DNA from: a virus
Lineage: Duplodnaviria; Caudoviricetes
Direction: 5' to 3' (one strand)
DNA: 64,000 nt
Virus record (IMG/VR): IMGVR_UViG_3300013212_000061
Location: 16,025 to 80,024 of that record
A program made the translations under genes and the position numbers. Every line of letters begins with the position of its first letter. The stretch's first letter is position 1. The notes under the pieces are model-generated. The model worked only from the letters and a program-made list of their open reading frames with translations. It did no database searches and was not told the origin of the DNA. Positions 40,638 through 50,542 of the stretch are shown here, piece after piece.

Positions 40638-42917
40638 ATGGCACTAAGTCCGCAATTATTAAATTTTAAGAGCTCAGGAGTTTATAGACTTGAGTTTGAT
40701 AAATCTCAAACAGCAAATATAAATGTTGAGACTCTTAGATTAATGGTAGGTCACTCTAAAAAAGGTCCTTACAACACACCAGTTTTGATTGATTCAGTTG
40801 AGACACTTACTAATGTGTTTGGAAACATTGATAAAAGTTTAGAAAAAAAAGGAATGTTTTTCCACAGATCGTGTATCGAAGCTCTTTCAAGAGGTCCTAT
40901 ATTGGCCTTAAATCTTGAACAATTCACAAACTTAGATATTACATCTTACCAAAGTCCAGTAACTTGTGGAGGCGCTGGAGCAGTTAACATTACATCAGAC
41001 AGTGGTACTGATGAATATAGCAAGTTTTTTGATAATGATAAATTCATGGTTCCTTCAGATACTGCTACACTAGCAACTATTAACCCTGATAACGATCACA
41101 TTTTAAACTTTGTAAATATTAAACAAGATTCAATTACAATTATTGTAAGACAAGCACAAGACGTTAAAGAATTTGACTTAACTGCAAGAGAATGGTATGG
41201 TGTTGGAAATGTCCCAGAATACTTAAATGATTTTGACAAAATGTCAGATTTTATGATTGACGTATTCGTATTCAAAGGAGAATTTGATGCTGCAACAATG
41301 GCAAATGACCCGATTTATTCTGCTTACTTTACAGCAGACGGTTTAGATAAAACAAAACTTGCACAATTTGCAAACTTAAGACAAGTTAGTTTAATTGCAC
41401 AATACACCGGTTCTATCTTACCAGGATTTAAAGACCTTGAAGGTAGAAACTTATACATTGAATCAACTATTAATGCAGAGGCCAGAAGAACTGGTTTATT
41501 CTGTGCAGTTAATGAAGATGCAGTTATGGACGAACAAGGAACTCAAGTTGATTTTGTTGGACATGTACATAATAGTGCTAATAGTTACGAACTACTATCT
41601 CACTATGTTCCTGTAGGTGATAGAGAAACTACTGAAACTTTTGTTGATGGTACTATTGGAACTAATACTTCTTTAGGTTTTTCAAATTTCACTGTAACTT
41701 ATGCAACAGGAGATGAACCTACAACATTCCCAATTACAGTTGGACAATATGTTGATGCCGCTACTACTGATAGACTTGCAAGAGTTAATAGAGTTGCAAA
41801 AGCAATCGATGGTGGAGATACTATTTTTACAGTTTATACTGATGTAGAACCTGCTTATAATGATAGAATTATTGAATCTTATGAAGCTGCTTCTCTAGTT
41901 TATAAAACTTTTGTATTGACAAAAGCATCTATAACTGGAAAAGAAATAAGCGACTATTTATCAGTTCTTTCTGGTGGTAATGGAATCTATGATGCCTTAG
42001 TTGACAAAGACATTATCGATTTTAGATATGTCGTAGATACTTTTACATCTTTTGATGAGAATGGATTAAATAACAAACGTAATCTTTCTCAATTAGCAAA
42101 AGACAGACAAAATGCTGCTGCAATCTTAAATGCACCAACAATTGAAGATTTCAAAAAATCTACAGACCCATCTTTCACCGATGAGAATTTAGCATTTGAT
42201 ACAGCTTATATCGCATCAGGTGGTAATCAAGATAAAAACCCAACCAAAATATATGCCCTACCAAGTATTAATGAAGGTGCAAATTATGCATTCTACTACG
42301 GACCTGGTTTAATCGTAAGTGACAATGGAAAAGACATTATTGTTCCTCCAGCTGCTTATGTTGCTAACAACTATATCGACAAATACACGAATGCTCTTCC
42401 ATGGTCAATCGTTGCTGGTCCAAGAAGAGGAGTTGTTGCAGGTACTAATGTTAAAGGAGTTGAGTATTCATTTGATAAAGGTGATAGAGATATTCTAGAG
42501 CCATTCGGAATTAACCCAATTGTATTCCAAAGAGGAACAGGTTTAACTATCTTAGGTAATAAAACTGCTCAACAATCTATTAAATCTGCGCTTTCTTCTG
42601 CTCACGTAAGAGAGGTACTTATTTATATCCAAGACGGTATGGCAAATATTCTTAAAGATTACATATTTGAATTTAATACTGCACAAACAAGACTTGAAAT
42701 CAAGACCCTTGCAGATGCGTTCTTACAAGGTGTTAAACAAGATAATGGTGTTTATGAGTTTAAAAATGTAATGGACTCAACAAACAATACAAATGAGGTT
42801 ATTGATAATAATATTGGTATAATTGATACTTACGTAGAACCTGTTAAAGGTTTAGAAATTGTAGTTCACAGAACAACAGTTTTAAATACTGGAGAAATTC
42901 AATCAGGTAACCTATAA
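40638..42917 (+). CDS. Tail sheath protein (gp18-like)
   Basis: SSGVY..EFD, KGPYN.PV, PW..VAGPRRG, INPI, LGNKT, VREVL. Confidence 0.93.
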   Translation: MALSPQLLNFKSSGVYRLEFDKSQTANINVETLRLMVGHSKKGPYNTPVLIDSVETLTNVFGNIDKSLEKKGMFFHRSCIEALSRGPILALNLEQFTNLDITSYQSPVTCGGAGAVNITSDSGTDEYSKFFDNDKFMVPSDTATLATINPDNDHILNFVNIKQDSITIIVRQAQDVKEFDLTAREWYGVGNVPEYLNDFDKMSDFMIDVFVFKGEFDAATMANDPIYSAYFTADGLDKTKLAQFANLRQVSLIAQYTGSILPGFKDLEGRNLYIESTINAEARRTGLFCAVNEDAVMDEQGTQVDFVGHVHNSANSYELLSHYVPVGDRETTETFVDGTIGTNTSLGFSNFTVTYATGDEPTTFPITVGQYVDAATTDRLARVNRVAKAIDGGDTIFTVYTDVEPAYNDRIIESYEAASLVYKTFVLTKASITGKEISDYLSVLSGGNGIYDALVDKDIIDFRYVVDTFTSFDENGLNNKRNLSQLAKDRQNAAAILNAPTIEDFKKSTDPSFTDENLAFDTAYIASGGNQDKNPTKIYALPSINEGANYAFYYGPGLIVSDNGKDIIVPPAAYVANNYIDKYTNALPWSIVAGPRRGVVAGTNVKGVEYSFDKGDRDILEPFGINPIVFQRGTGLTILGNKTAQQSIKSALSSAHVREVLIYIQDGMANILKDYIFEFNTAQTRLEIKTLADAFLQGVKQDNGVYEFKNVMDSTNNTNEVIDNNIGIIDTYVEPVKGLEIVVHRTTVLNTGEIQSGNL

Positions 42918-42951
42918 TCGTGATATATAAAAAAATAAAAATTAATTAAAC

Positions 42952-43506
42952 ATGGGATTACCACACTATAATCAAGACCAAACGTCTAGAAAAGGTAGAA
43001 ATTTTGAACCAATCCAGCCTAACCTGTTTGAAGTTACCGTACTTCCACCAGCTGGTGTTGCAGATGCTCCACTACTTTTACAGCACGTTAATTCAATCTC
43101 AGGATTAGAATTATATAAAGAAATTGCTGCAGTAGAACAAAAATACAAATGGGTTACTAGATCTTTTGCTGGTATGCCTGACGAAACTGCAGTTGATGTA
43201 ACTATTAACTTCTCATTAAACTTAAATGAAGCAAATCAGGCTTATTTATACAAGTCAATGAGACAATGGTATAACTTAAGATATGACCCTCAAACAGGTA
43301 CAATGGGACTTAAAAAAGATTACGTAGGTACTATTGTTATTGTACAGTTCAACAGAGCTGGAGATATTTATAGAACAGTAACTTTAGAAGATTGCCAAAT
43401 TTCTTCAGCTTTAGGTTTTACTACTGAATTAAACTACGAAACTAAAGATGCAGCTGCGTTAGAAGTAACATGGAGATGTGATGCTTGGAAAGAAATACTA
43501 GCATAA
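42952..43506 (+). CDS. Tail tube protein (gp19-like)
   Basis: NLFEV, RQWYN, KDY, L.Y...VTWRCD.W; follows the sheath gene. Confidence 0.85.
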   Translation: MGLPHYNQDQTSRKGRNFEPIQPNLFEVTVLPPAGVADAPLLLQHVNSISGLELYKEIAAVEQKYKWVTRSFAGMPDETAVDVTINFSLNLNEANQAYLYKSMRQWYNLRYDPQTGTMGLKKDYVGTIVIVQFNRAGDIYRTVTLEDCQISSALGFTTELNYETKDAAALEVTWRCDAWKEILA

Positions 43507-43520
43507 TTATTTAACAAAGT

Positions 43521-43554
43521 ATAGGGAATGATTGATTTGTTCCCTATATTTTTT
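43521..43554 (+). terminator. Intrinsic terminator
   Basis: ATAGGGAA/TTCCCTAT followed by a T-run. Confidence 0.7.
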
Positions 43555-43592
43555 GAAACAAAAACATAATATAATGATAATATAATATATTG

Positions 43593-43808
43593 ATGGATAA
43601 ACTAACCAAGAAGTTACAGGTCCTATTATCAGAAGATGAAGTAGCTTTAATTAATCGAATAATACTCACTGAAGCTATCGAAAACGGACAGCGACCAATT
43701 TCAATTTCAGCATTTATTAGAGATGTTATAAGGACCGAAATAGACAAAAGATCAGAAACAATCACAAAATTTAATAAAATCGACATTAAAAAACTTAAAA
43801 ACAAATAA
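43593..43808 (+). CDS. Small ribbon-helix-helix-like DNA-binding protein
   Basis: KKLQVLLSEDE...SISAFIRDVI. Confidence 0.5.
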   Translation: MDKLTKKLQVLLSEDEVALINRIILTEAIENGQRPISISAFIRDVIRTEIDKRSETITKFNKIDIKKLKNK

Positions 43809-43811
43809 TTT

Positions 43812-44789
43812 ATGAGTACAGAAACCGATTCAAATCTAGAAGAACAATATAAAAATATGGTTCAATCTGTCGAAAACCAAGAAGTTCCACAAAATGCAGT
43901 TCCGGAACCAGTACAAGAAGCACCTTTAAATTTAGGAAAGGTTAACATGGAAAGATTTACTGGTGAAAAGGCCGAAGATGCAGATTTCCACCTAGGTTAT
44001 CATACAATTCCATTACTTTCACTACCTTCAGGAGGTATGTTTTACCCAGAAGGAACTCAACTTTCAATTAGATCTGCAAAAGTTGCAGAAGTTAGACATT
44101 TTTCAACTATCGATGAGACAAATGTTTTAGATATTGATGAGAAATTAAATACAATTGTAGATTCTTGTACAAGAATTACATGTACATCAAAAAGATTATC
44201 TTATAAAGACCTTTTAGAAGAGGACCGTTTTTATGTTATTCTTTCTATTAGAGACCTAACTTTTCCAGAGCCAGAATCAAGTTTAAAAATTGAGCACACT
44301 AGCAAAAAAGGAGAGAAACACGACATTGAAATTAAAAAAGACTATTTTCAATACTTTAAAATTCCAACAGAACTTGACAAGTATTATGATTCTGAGTCAA
44401 AATCTTTCTTAGTTGAAACTCGATCATTTGGTACTATTGAAATGAAACCGCCTGCTATCGGAGTTATGCAAAAAATTACTGCATATATTAAAGAGAAACA
44501 GCAAAAAGGACTTAAAGTTGACCAGTCAGTACTTCAAATTATTCCATACTTGCACAAGGATTGGAGAACTTTTAGTGATAAAACAATTTTTGAATTTGAA
44601 ATTGAATTAAACGGATGGACTAATAAAAAATACAATTTGGTTTATACATTGGCTGAAAAAATGAAAGTTGGAATTCAACCAAATATGCTAGTACAATTAG
44701 GGGACGAGGAGGAAGAGGTTCCCATCAGTTTTCGCGACGGAATCAAATCTCTTTTCATTGTTCAAGATATCGCTGGAGAACTTCTTTAA
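43812..44789 (+). CDS. Baseplate hub / tail assembly chaperone (gp26-like)
   Basis: LPSGG.FYP, DR.YVILSIR; precedes the tape measure gene. Confidence 0.6.
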   Translation: MSTETDSNLEEQYKNMVQSVENQEVPQNAVPEPVQEAPLNLGKVNMERFTGEKAEDADFHLGYHTIPLLSLPSGGMFYPEGTQLSIRSAKVAEVRHFSTIDETNVLDIDEKLNTIVDSCTRITCTSKRLSYKDLLEEDRFYVILSIRDLTFPEPESSLKIEHTSKKGEKHDIEIKKDYFQYFKIPTELDKYYDSESKSFLVETRSFGTIEMKPPAIGVMQKITAYIKEKQQKGLKVDQSVLQIIPYLHKDWRTFSDKTIFEFEIELNGWTNKKYNLVYTLAEKMKVGIQPNMLVQLGDEEEEVPISFRDGIKSLFIVQDIAGELL

Positions 44790-45006
44790 AACGAAGTTTC
44801 AAATATATCTTAAACTACATATGCAACCATCGGAGCTTGAGAGATTGGAATACTATGAATTCCATTATCTTGTTAAAGACTTGATAGAGCATATCAAAGA
44901 GGAGAATAAACAGAACCAAGGTCAAAATGATGCAACATCTGGCATGATGGGTAACATGAAAATGCCAAACATGAAAATGCCAAACATCAGTATGCCGAAA
45001 ATGTAA
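44758..45006 (+). CDS. Baseplate hub assembly protein (gp51-like)
   Basis: LENFFK.KF..., PSELERLEYYE; start uncertain. Confidence 0.5.
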   Translation: MFKISLENFFKTKFQIYLKLHMQPSELERLEYYEFHYLVKDLIEHIKEENKQNQGQNDATSGMMGNMKMPNMKMPNISMPKM

Positions 45007-45009
45007 AAT

Positions 45010-45040
45010 AAAGGGTCCCTAATCGGGCCCTTTTTTATTT
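45010..45040 (+). terminator. Intrinsic terminator
   Basis: AAAGGGTCC/GGGCCCTTT followed by a T-run. Confidence 0.7.
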
Positions 45041-45087
45041 GGATATATAACAAAGATAAAGATTTATCTTAAAAAAATCGACAATAG

Positions 45088-47580
45088 GTGACTCAAAACG
45101 TTAAACAACTTTCGCTACTAACAAGCCCTTTAAATAAAATTCAAGACGCTACCGAAGCAACTGCAGTTATTCTTAATAGAATTGCTGAAGTTATTCTTAA
45201 TGGAGCAAGTAGTAAATCAGGAGAAACCACTTCAGATGAGCTTAAAAAACAAACAACAATACTTACCGATATTCGAAGCATCTTAAGGGAGCAGAATAAA
45301 GTATTAGCAAGAGGAACTGGAGCTAAAGGCGGAGCCAGTGGTGGAATGTTTTCCCCGATGTCAGCCAAAGATACTGGATTAACTGCATTGATGATAGTTG
45401 GAGTTGCTGGAGCAATTGTTGGAGCAGCTGCATTATTTACATTAGTTCCGGTTATTTCAATAGGACAGTTGCTTACTATACTTGCAGTTGCAGGAATTTT
45501 TGCACTTATTGCACCTACGTTTGTTAGAATAGCAGAAATACTCAGTGGACAAACCGATCTTGCTGGAAATGGAAAAGTAGGAGATTTAAGTAAGCCAAAA
45601 TCTATGTTTGCACTTGCCGGTGCAACAACGCTTGCAATGGTAGGAATTGCAATATCTATAGTATTAAGTGGAGCAATTTTTACACTAATGCCAGTTATTA
45701 CAGGTGGTCAGTTTTTAACAGCATTGGCAGTTGCACTTATATTGATTCCAGCTGCGTTTGCATATTCATTAATTCTTAAAGCAACCAAAGGCCTTAAAAA
45801 AGAACAATTATTATTTGCAGCAGTTGCAATTCCATTAATAGCACTTGGTATTGTTGCAGCGGCTTATATATTCATGGCTCTTCCAGAAGGAGACAATTTA
45901 ATGGCGCCAGACCCTTTATGGACTCTTAAATCTGCTTTTGCAATTGGACTATTTGCAGTTGGTTTTTATTATATTATGAAAGCAATTAAAGGTTCTAAAC
46001 CGGAAGAAATTGCATTTGGAGCTTTTGCAATTCCATTAATTGCAATTAGTATTCTTCTAGTATCTTATATTTTTATGGCTCTTCCACAAGGAGACAATGT
46101 GATGGCACCAGACCCTCTATGGGTTCTTAAAGCTGGTTTTGCCATGCTTATTTTTGCAATTCCTTTTTATATAGTTTCAAAAGCCATTAAAGGAATGGGA
46201 ATTAAAGAGATGTTATTTATGGCATTTGCAATTCCAATAATTGCATTTGGAATTCTTGCAACCGCATGGATTTTCCAAGGACTTGCTGGAATTGCATTCC
46301 AAGCACCTGACCCTATTTGGAGTCTTAAAGCAGCGCTTACTGTTATATTATTTGGCGCTGTGATGTATCTTTCAAGTAAAACTATTGGAAAATTAAGCAT
46401 GCCTGACATGCTTAAATCCCTATTAGGAGTCGTTGTAACATCATTTGCAATACTTGCAACTGCATGGCTATTTCAACTTTTACCAAGCACATTCACTGCC
46501 CCACCCATGGATTGGACATTAGCAGCTGCTCTTTCAATTGGAGCTTTTGCAGTTGTTATCAAAGAAGTTGGTATAGCTATACAAGCATTGACTCCTGCAA
46601 CACTTCTTTTAGGAGCATTGGGTATTATAGTAATTGCAATAACTATTGTGGCAGTCGGTTGGATTCTTTCCCTATTAGAACCGGCGATGCCAGCACTTAA
46701 AGGAGTTGCAAGTGGATTTGTAGATATTGTAATGATGCCAGTACATGCTATTATTAGTGCATTTGCCCGATTTAAAGATGAAATTGGAATTGAAAATATG
46801 ATTCCTCTTGCTATTGGTGTTGCCGCTTTAGGTGGTGCATGGTTAATATTTTCTGCAGCAGTAGCAGGTGGGGATGTTGCAGGATTACTTGGTTCCGCCG
46901 CTGGAGCAATTGGAGCAATTTTTAATGGAATTGGTTCTCTTTTTGGAGGAGACCAACCATCACCTTTAGATATATTAAAAGAACTTGCAGTGCTTGGACC
47001 TCAAATACAAACACTTGCAAAACCACTGGTTGCAGTTGGAACTGGATTTGCTCTTATTAATAAATCAGCAAACGGAGTTTCTAAAGCATTTACAAGTGTT
47101 ACCAAATTTGTTGGAGATACCGATACCGATGATTTAACAGCAAATGCAAAATCATTAAGTAGCATCGCAAATTCTTATGTTAAAATTTCAAATGCAAGTA
47201 GAACATTAAATGTAAAAGCAATTGAATCTACTACAAACATGTTTAAAGCCCTTACAGATCTTGCCAAAAATAATGGACAATCTGCAATGGGAATCTTGGC
47301 CGATAAATTACTAGTTGCTGTTAAAGAACTTACCGGAGCCGCTAAAAATCTTGAAGACAGCGTTTCAAAACAAGGTGATAATACTAGTGCTGCCGCAGAT
47401 GTGTTGTCCGGAACGTTTAACAATATTAAAGAAACTGTTACTGGAGTTAAGAAAGATGTTAGTAAAATGACAGCAGATGCAAAAGGAGTCTTAGACATTC
47501 AACCACTTATTGATGCAATAACATCATTAGAAGAACGTTTCGACACATTTATTACTGTTAAAATTAAACCGGAAGAATAA
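45088..47580 (+). CDS. Tape-measure-like protein with repeated hydrophobic segments
   Basis: Repeated APDP.W.LK units; position after tube and chaperones; late promoter at 45042. Confidence 0.6.
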   Translation: MTQNVKQLSLLTSPLNKIQDATEATAVILNRIAEVILNGASSKSGETTSDELKKQTTILTDIRSILREQNKVLARGTGAKGGASGGMFSPMSAKDTGLTALMIVGVAGAIVGAAALFTLVPVISIGQLLTILAVAGIFALIAPTFVRIAEILSGQTDLAGNGKVGDLSKPKSMFALAGATTLAMVGIAISIVLSGAIFTLMPVITGGQFLTALAVALILIPAAFAYSLILKATKGLKKEQLLFAAVAIPLIALGIVAAAYIFMALPEGDNLMAPDPLWTLKSAFAIGLFAVGFYYIMKAIKGSKPEEIAFGAFAIPLIAISILLVSYIFMALPQGDNVMAPDPLWVLKAGFAMLIFAIPFYIVSKAIKGMGIKEMLFMAFAIPIIAFGILATAWIFQGLAGIAFQAPDPIWSLKAALTVILFGAVMYLSSKTIGKLSMPDMLKSLLGVVVTSFAILATAWLFQLLPSTFTAPPMDWTLAAALSIGAFAVVIKEVGIAIQALTPATLLLGALGIIVIAITIVAVGWILSLLEPAMPALKGVASGFVDIVMMPVHAIISAFARFKDEIGIENMIPLAIGVAALGGAWLIFSAAVAGGDVAGLLGSAAGAIGAIFNGIGSLFGGDQPSPLDILKELAVLGPQIQTLAKPLVAVGTGFALINKSANGVSKAFTSVTKFVGDTDTDDLTANAKSLSSIANSYVKISNASRTLNVKAIESTTNMFKALTDLAKNNGQSAMGILADKLLVAVKELTGAAKNLEDSVSKQGDNTSAAADVLSGTFNNIKETVTGVKKDVSKMTADAKGVLDIQPLIDAITSLEERFDTFITVKIKPEE

Positions 47581-47622
47581 ACAAATTCAGCGTTTTTTAT
47601 ATAATATAAAAATATAAAATCT

Positions 47623-47877
47623 ATGAAATATCTCTATTTTAGTGCACCTTGGTGCGGACCTTGTAAACAATTAGCGCCAAAAATGGAATTGGTTGCAGAA
47701 CAAATTGCTGTTGAAAAAATCTTAGTAGATTCAGATGCAGAAACAACACAAAAGTATGGAATCCGAAATATTCCAACAGTAGTATTAATTGATGAGAATG
47801 GAGTTGAACTTGAAAGATTCGTAGGAGTTAATCCAGTTGAGTTCTATCTTGAAAAATGGGAGAATCATGTTAACTAA
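47623..47877 (+). CDS. trxA: Thioredoxin
   Basis: WCGPCK, YGIRNIPT. Confidence 0.92.
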   Translation: MKYLYFSAPWCGPCKQLAPKMELVAEQIAVEKILVDSDAETTQKYGIRNIPTVVLIDENGVELERFVGVNPVEFYLEKWENHVN

Positions 47878-48196
47878 AGCATCTATTGTTCAAAGATTAT
47901 TGGACGAGAAACTAATAACTACCGAAGAGGCAGTGGTCCTGTTAAAAGGAGAAGATTTTAATGGAATAAAATACGTTCCAGTTCCTTCAACATTACCATG
48001 GGTTGGTCCAGGACCTACTCAACCATATCAACCGTATACAACTCCAAGTACGCCATATAATCCAATGTACCCACATTGTGATTGGACTTATAGACCGGAA
48101 AACCAACCAATGTATGGAGGTACCTCATCTCATACTGGAACTGCAAACCCTAATTCATTTGCGCATACAACAAACGAAAACTTTTGTGCTAAATAA
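47867..48196 (+). CDS. Hypothetical protein with Pro-rich tail
   Basis: ATG at 47867 overlapping the thioredoxin end. Confidence 0.55.
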   Translation: MLTKASIVQRLLDEKLITTEEAVVLLKGEDFNGIKYVPVPSTLPWVGPGPTQPYQPYTTPSTPYNPMYPHCDWTYRPENQPMYGGTSSHTGTANPNSFAHTTNENFCAK

Positions 48197-48225
48197 AAAA
48201 GCCAAGGTTATTTACCTTGGCCTTT
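48195..48225. terminator. Bidirectional terminator between convergent genes
   Basis: GCCAAGGT/ACCTTGGC stem with A- and T-rich flanks. Confidence 0.65.
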
Positions 48226-48345
48226 ATATGCTTTTTTGTATTTTTGGGCTCCTTTATTCTTAGTGCTTTTAGTTTTTGCATGAACCCCTTTTCTTTTCTT
48301 TTTTGGAGTTGCGTTAAATGCTCCTCCTGTAGTGCCTTTTGCCAT
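48208..48345 (-). CDS. 45-aa very basic protein
   Basis: MAKGTTGGAFNATPKKKRKGVHAKTKSTKNKGAQKYKKAYKGQGK; GATAAATA upstream; absent from the ORF track. Confidence 0.65.
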   Translation of the reverse strand: MAKGTTGGAFNATPKKKRKGVHAKTKSTKNKGAQKYKKAYKGQGK

Positions 48346-48410
48346 GATATATGGATATTTTTAGATTAGATTATTTATCTAAACTTTTCCAAAAAAACAT
48401 TGAAAAATGT

Positions 48411-48444
48411 TTTACCGCGTCCCATTTTTTGTTTATATTTACAC
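48411..48444 (+). promoter_or_regulatory. Class I promoter TTTA-N19-TATATTTA
   Basis: Exact spacing. Confidence 0.65.
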
Positions 48445-48465
48445 TATAATTAAAATATATAGAAT

Positions 48466-49056
48466 ATGAAGAAAATTAAACTATATGAACAATTTATAGA
48501 AGAGAGAAGCGGAGAGCTTTTTAATCCTAAGAAAAACAAACCAGTCATATTAAAACCGACTAAAGATACAGAATTAGAAAAGGAATTCTTTAATCTTATT
48601 AGTACAGCGTACTCTGAGATTGGAGGACATATCAAGGTCCAATCACCTAGTGATGTATTTAAAGACCCTGATTGGAACTATTGGGAAGGAATAGATATTC
48701 ACGGTAGTAATGATTTTGATGTTATCATGTTTGGTGAAAAAACCCGATTTGGACTTAAATTCTCAGGAGTTGGTCATGATGGAACCAAAGATGCTAAGAG
48801 AGACTATATGGATAGAAGAGGAAAGGAATTAAAACAACTTGGATATTACATAGAAGTTTCTGGTAAAATTGCAGAAATCTTAATCAATAAGTATCAAGTA
48901 CCTATTGTAACTGACCAAGAAACGGTAGAAAAGGTACTGGGTAAAAAAGTTGATTGGATTGGAAATCTAGATGGTGGAACTGGAGGAGGTTGGTATAGCC
49001 GAACTATTGGTGGAGGAGCTCATGAAAAGATAATGTTAGGTAAACCAAAGGTATAA
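48466..49056 (+). CDS. Hypothetical protein with capsid-targeting-like N-terminus
   Basis: MKKIKLYEQFIEE. Confidence 0.65.
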   Translation: MKKIKLYEQFIEERSGELFNPKKNKPVILKPTKDTELEKEFFNLISTAYSEIGGHIKVQSPSDVFKDPDWNYWEGIDIHGSNDFDVIMFGEKTRFGLKFSGVGHDGTKDAKRDYMDRRGKELKQLGYYIEVSGKIAEILINKYQVPIVTDQETVEKVLGKKVDWIGNLDGGTGGGWYSRTIGGGAHEKIMLGKPKV

Positions 49057-49057
49057 T

Positions 49058-49573
49058 ATGAAAGCACTATTTTTACACGGTCTTGAAAGTAAACCCAAAA
49101 ACCAAAAGTCAGAGTTTTTAGCAAAGTTTGATGCCCAATGTCCCGCGATGGACTATAAAAATCCTGGTCTATTTAATGAAATCTTGACAAAGATTCAGAA
49201 TGACAGACCAGAAGTTTTAATTGGAAGTTCTATGGGAGGATGGTTTGCATATTGTCTTTCAACAATCACTGGAATACCAACAATTCTTTTTAATCCAGCA
49301 GTTCATAGTCGTTCAATAGAACCCGTTGTTCAAATTGGAAGTATGCAAGCAAATCATACTGTCATTCTCGGTAGAAAAGACGACTTAATTAACCCTGAAG
49401 AGACACTTGAATGGATTAAAAAAAATCCAGGACATTTCAAAGTCAACTTTGAAAACAATGGACATCAAACTCCAATAAACATATTTAAAAAATATGTCTT
49501 AAATTCTGGTTATCTTAACGAAATGCAAAGAATTAAAATGTTTGAGGAATTTAATAATTTAGATTTAACATAA
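49058..49573 (+). CDS. Alpha/beta hydrolase (YqiA/UPF0227-like esterase)
   Basis: FLHGLES, GSSMGG, FNPA, DD, GH; C-terminal LNE-MQRIKMFEEF. Confidence 0.85.
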   Translation: MKALFLHGLESKPKNQKSEFLAKFDAQCPAMDYKNPGLFNEILTKIQNDRPEVLIGSSMGGWFAYCLSTITGIPTILFNPAVHSRSIEPVVQIGSMQANHTVILGRKDDLINPEETLEWIKKNPGHFKVNFENNGHQTPINIFKKYVLNSGYLNEMQRIKMFEEFNNLDLT

Positions 49574-49632
49574 TTTTAACACTCCAAATTTTACCATCTG
49601 GGGTTTTTTGTTTATATTTACATATCTAATTA
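49565..49632 (+). promoter_or_regulatory. Repeated early-promoter cassette
   Basis: TTAACA-N5-TTAACA plus TTTA-N19-TATATTTACATATCTAAT. Confidence 0.7.
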
Positions 49633-49639
49633 AAACACC

Positions 49640-49777
49640 ATGGAAAAGAAAAAACTTACAAAAATAAACTTCACATTAGAGGAATGGTTTGATGCCTTAA
49701 AGGTACCGACTCCTCATCGTAATAAAAAGAAGTATTTCAAGAAAACAAAGCACAAAGGTAAATCCGAGGATTGTTAA
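49640..49777 (+). CDS. 45-aa basic protein with ArfA-like C-terminal motif
   Basis: ...PTPHRNKKKYFKKTKHKG. Confidence 0.5.
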   Translation: MEKKKLTKINFTLEEWFDALKVPTPHRNKKKYFKKTKHKGKSEDC

Positions 49778-49850
49778 TAACTTTAACAAAACTTTAACAC
49801 TCCAGATTTTCCAGATTCAAAACTATTGATTATATTTACATATCTAATTA
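49772..49850 (+). promoter_or_regulatory. Repeated early-promoter cassette
   Basis: TGTTAATAAC-TTTAACA-N5-TTAACA...TTTC-N19-TATATTTACATATCTAAT. Confidence 0.7.
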
Positions 49851-49862
49851 AACAAAGGAATT

Positions 49863-49988
49863 ATGATTATAGCGACCGAATTAGCAGAAAAATTAATAGC
49901 CACCGGAAAACTTATTTTTGGAGACTATTTTATTAACCTAGAAGGTGAATATTATATTACTCGTAAAAATCTTAATAAAATTAAATAG
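49863..49988 (+). CDS. 41-aa hypothetical protein
   Basis: Directly after a promoter cassette; read by hand. Confidence 0.45.
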   Translation: MIIATELAEKLIATGKLIFGDYFINLEGEYYITRKNLNKIK

Positions 49989-49990
49989 TT

Positions 49991-50089
49991 ATGAAACAAA
50001 ATGTAAAAGACAATCTCCAGTTTGCAATATTCTGTATTATTGTTGCTATAGCCACGGCTTTAGTTGTTCATTTTTCACCTACATCGTAG
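49991..50089 (+). CDS. 32-aa TM peptide
   Basis: MKQNVKDNLQFAIFCIIVAIATALVVHFSPTS. Confidence 0.4.
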   Translation: MKQNVKDNLQFAIFCIIVAIATALVVHFSPTS

Positions 50090-50090
50090 T

Positions 50091-50237
50091 ATGAAAAATT
50101 CTATTTTATTTGCAAGATGCAAAAACAGTATCTTGATAGCCATACTATGCATTAAACTGAGTTGGAATCCCAAACCACACGGTGCAGCCAGAGCCCTTGA
50201 TAAAAAATATAAGGCTAGTACTTCAGCAATATGTTAA
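50091..50237 (+). CDS. 48-aa hypothetical protein
   Basis: Tightly packed ORF read by hand. Confidence 0.35.
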   Translation: MKNSILFARCKNSILIAILCIKLSWNPKPHGAARALDKKYKASTSAIC

Positions 50238-50310
50238 TAACTTTAACAAAATTTTAACACTCTAGATTTTCACGATTCAAGCATATTGATTATATTTACA
50301 TATCTAATTA
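50232..50310 (+). promoter_or_regulatory. Repeated early-promoter cassette
   Basis: Near-identical to the 49772 copy. Confidence 0.7.
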
Positions 50311-50323
50311 AAACAAAGAAATC

Positions 50324-50521
50324 ATGACAACAATTACAAACATTCTTAATGCAGCTAAAAGTCTTAACGCTCAAAACTTTGCAAGTTTTCTAGACAACAA
50401 CAAAATTTCATTCACAATTTTAGATTGTAACATTATGGACTACAATGATGATTATTTTAACATAATTATCGACAAGTTTGACGAAAACATTTTATTTTTT
50501 GACGGTAAATTTCAATCATAA
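50324..50521 (+). CDS. Hypothetical early protein
   Basis: Leader ATTAAAACAAAGAAATCATGAC shared with the next gene. Confidence 0.6.
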   Translation: MTTITNILNAAKSLNAQNFASFLDNNKISFTILDCNIMDYNDDYFNIIIDKFDENILFFDGKFQS

Positions 50522-50542
50522 TATAATTAAAACAAAGAAATC

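Noticed and set aside
49565-50310. Repeated ~80-nt intergenic units as CRISPR or attC-type array
   Set aside because: Irregular spacing, intervening ORFs and promoter geometry explain them; no cas or integrase gene in the window
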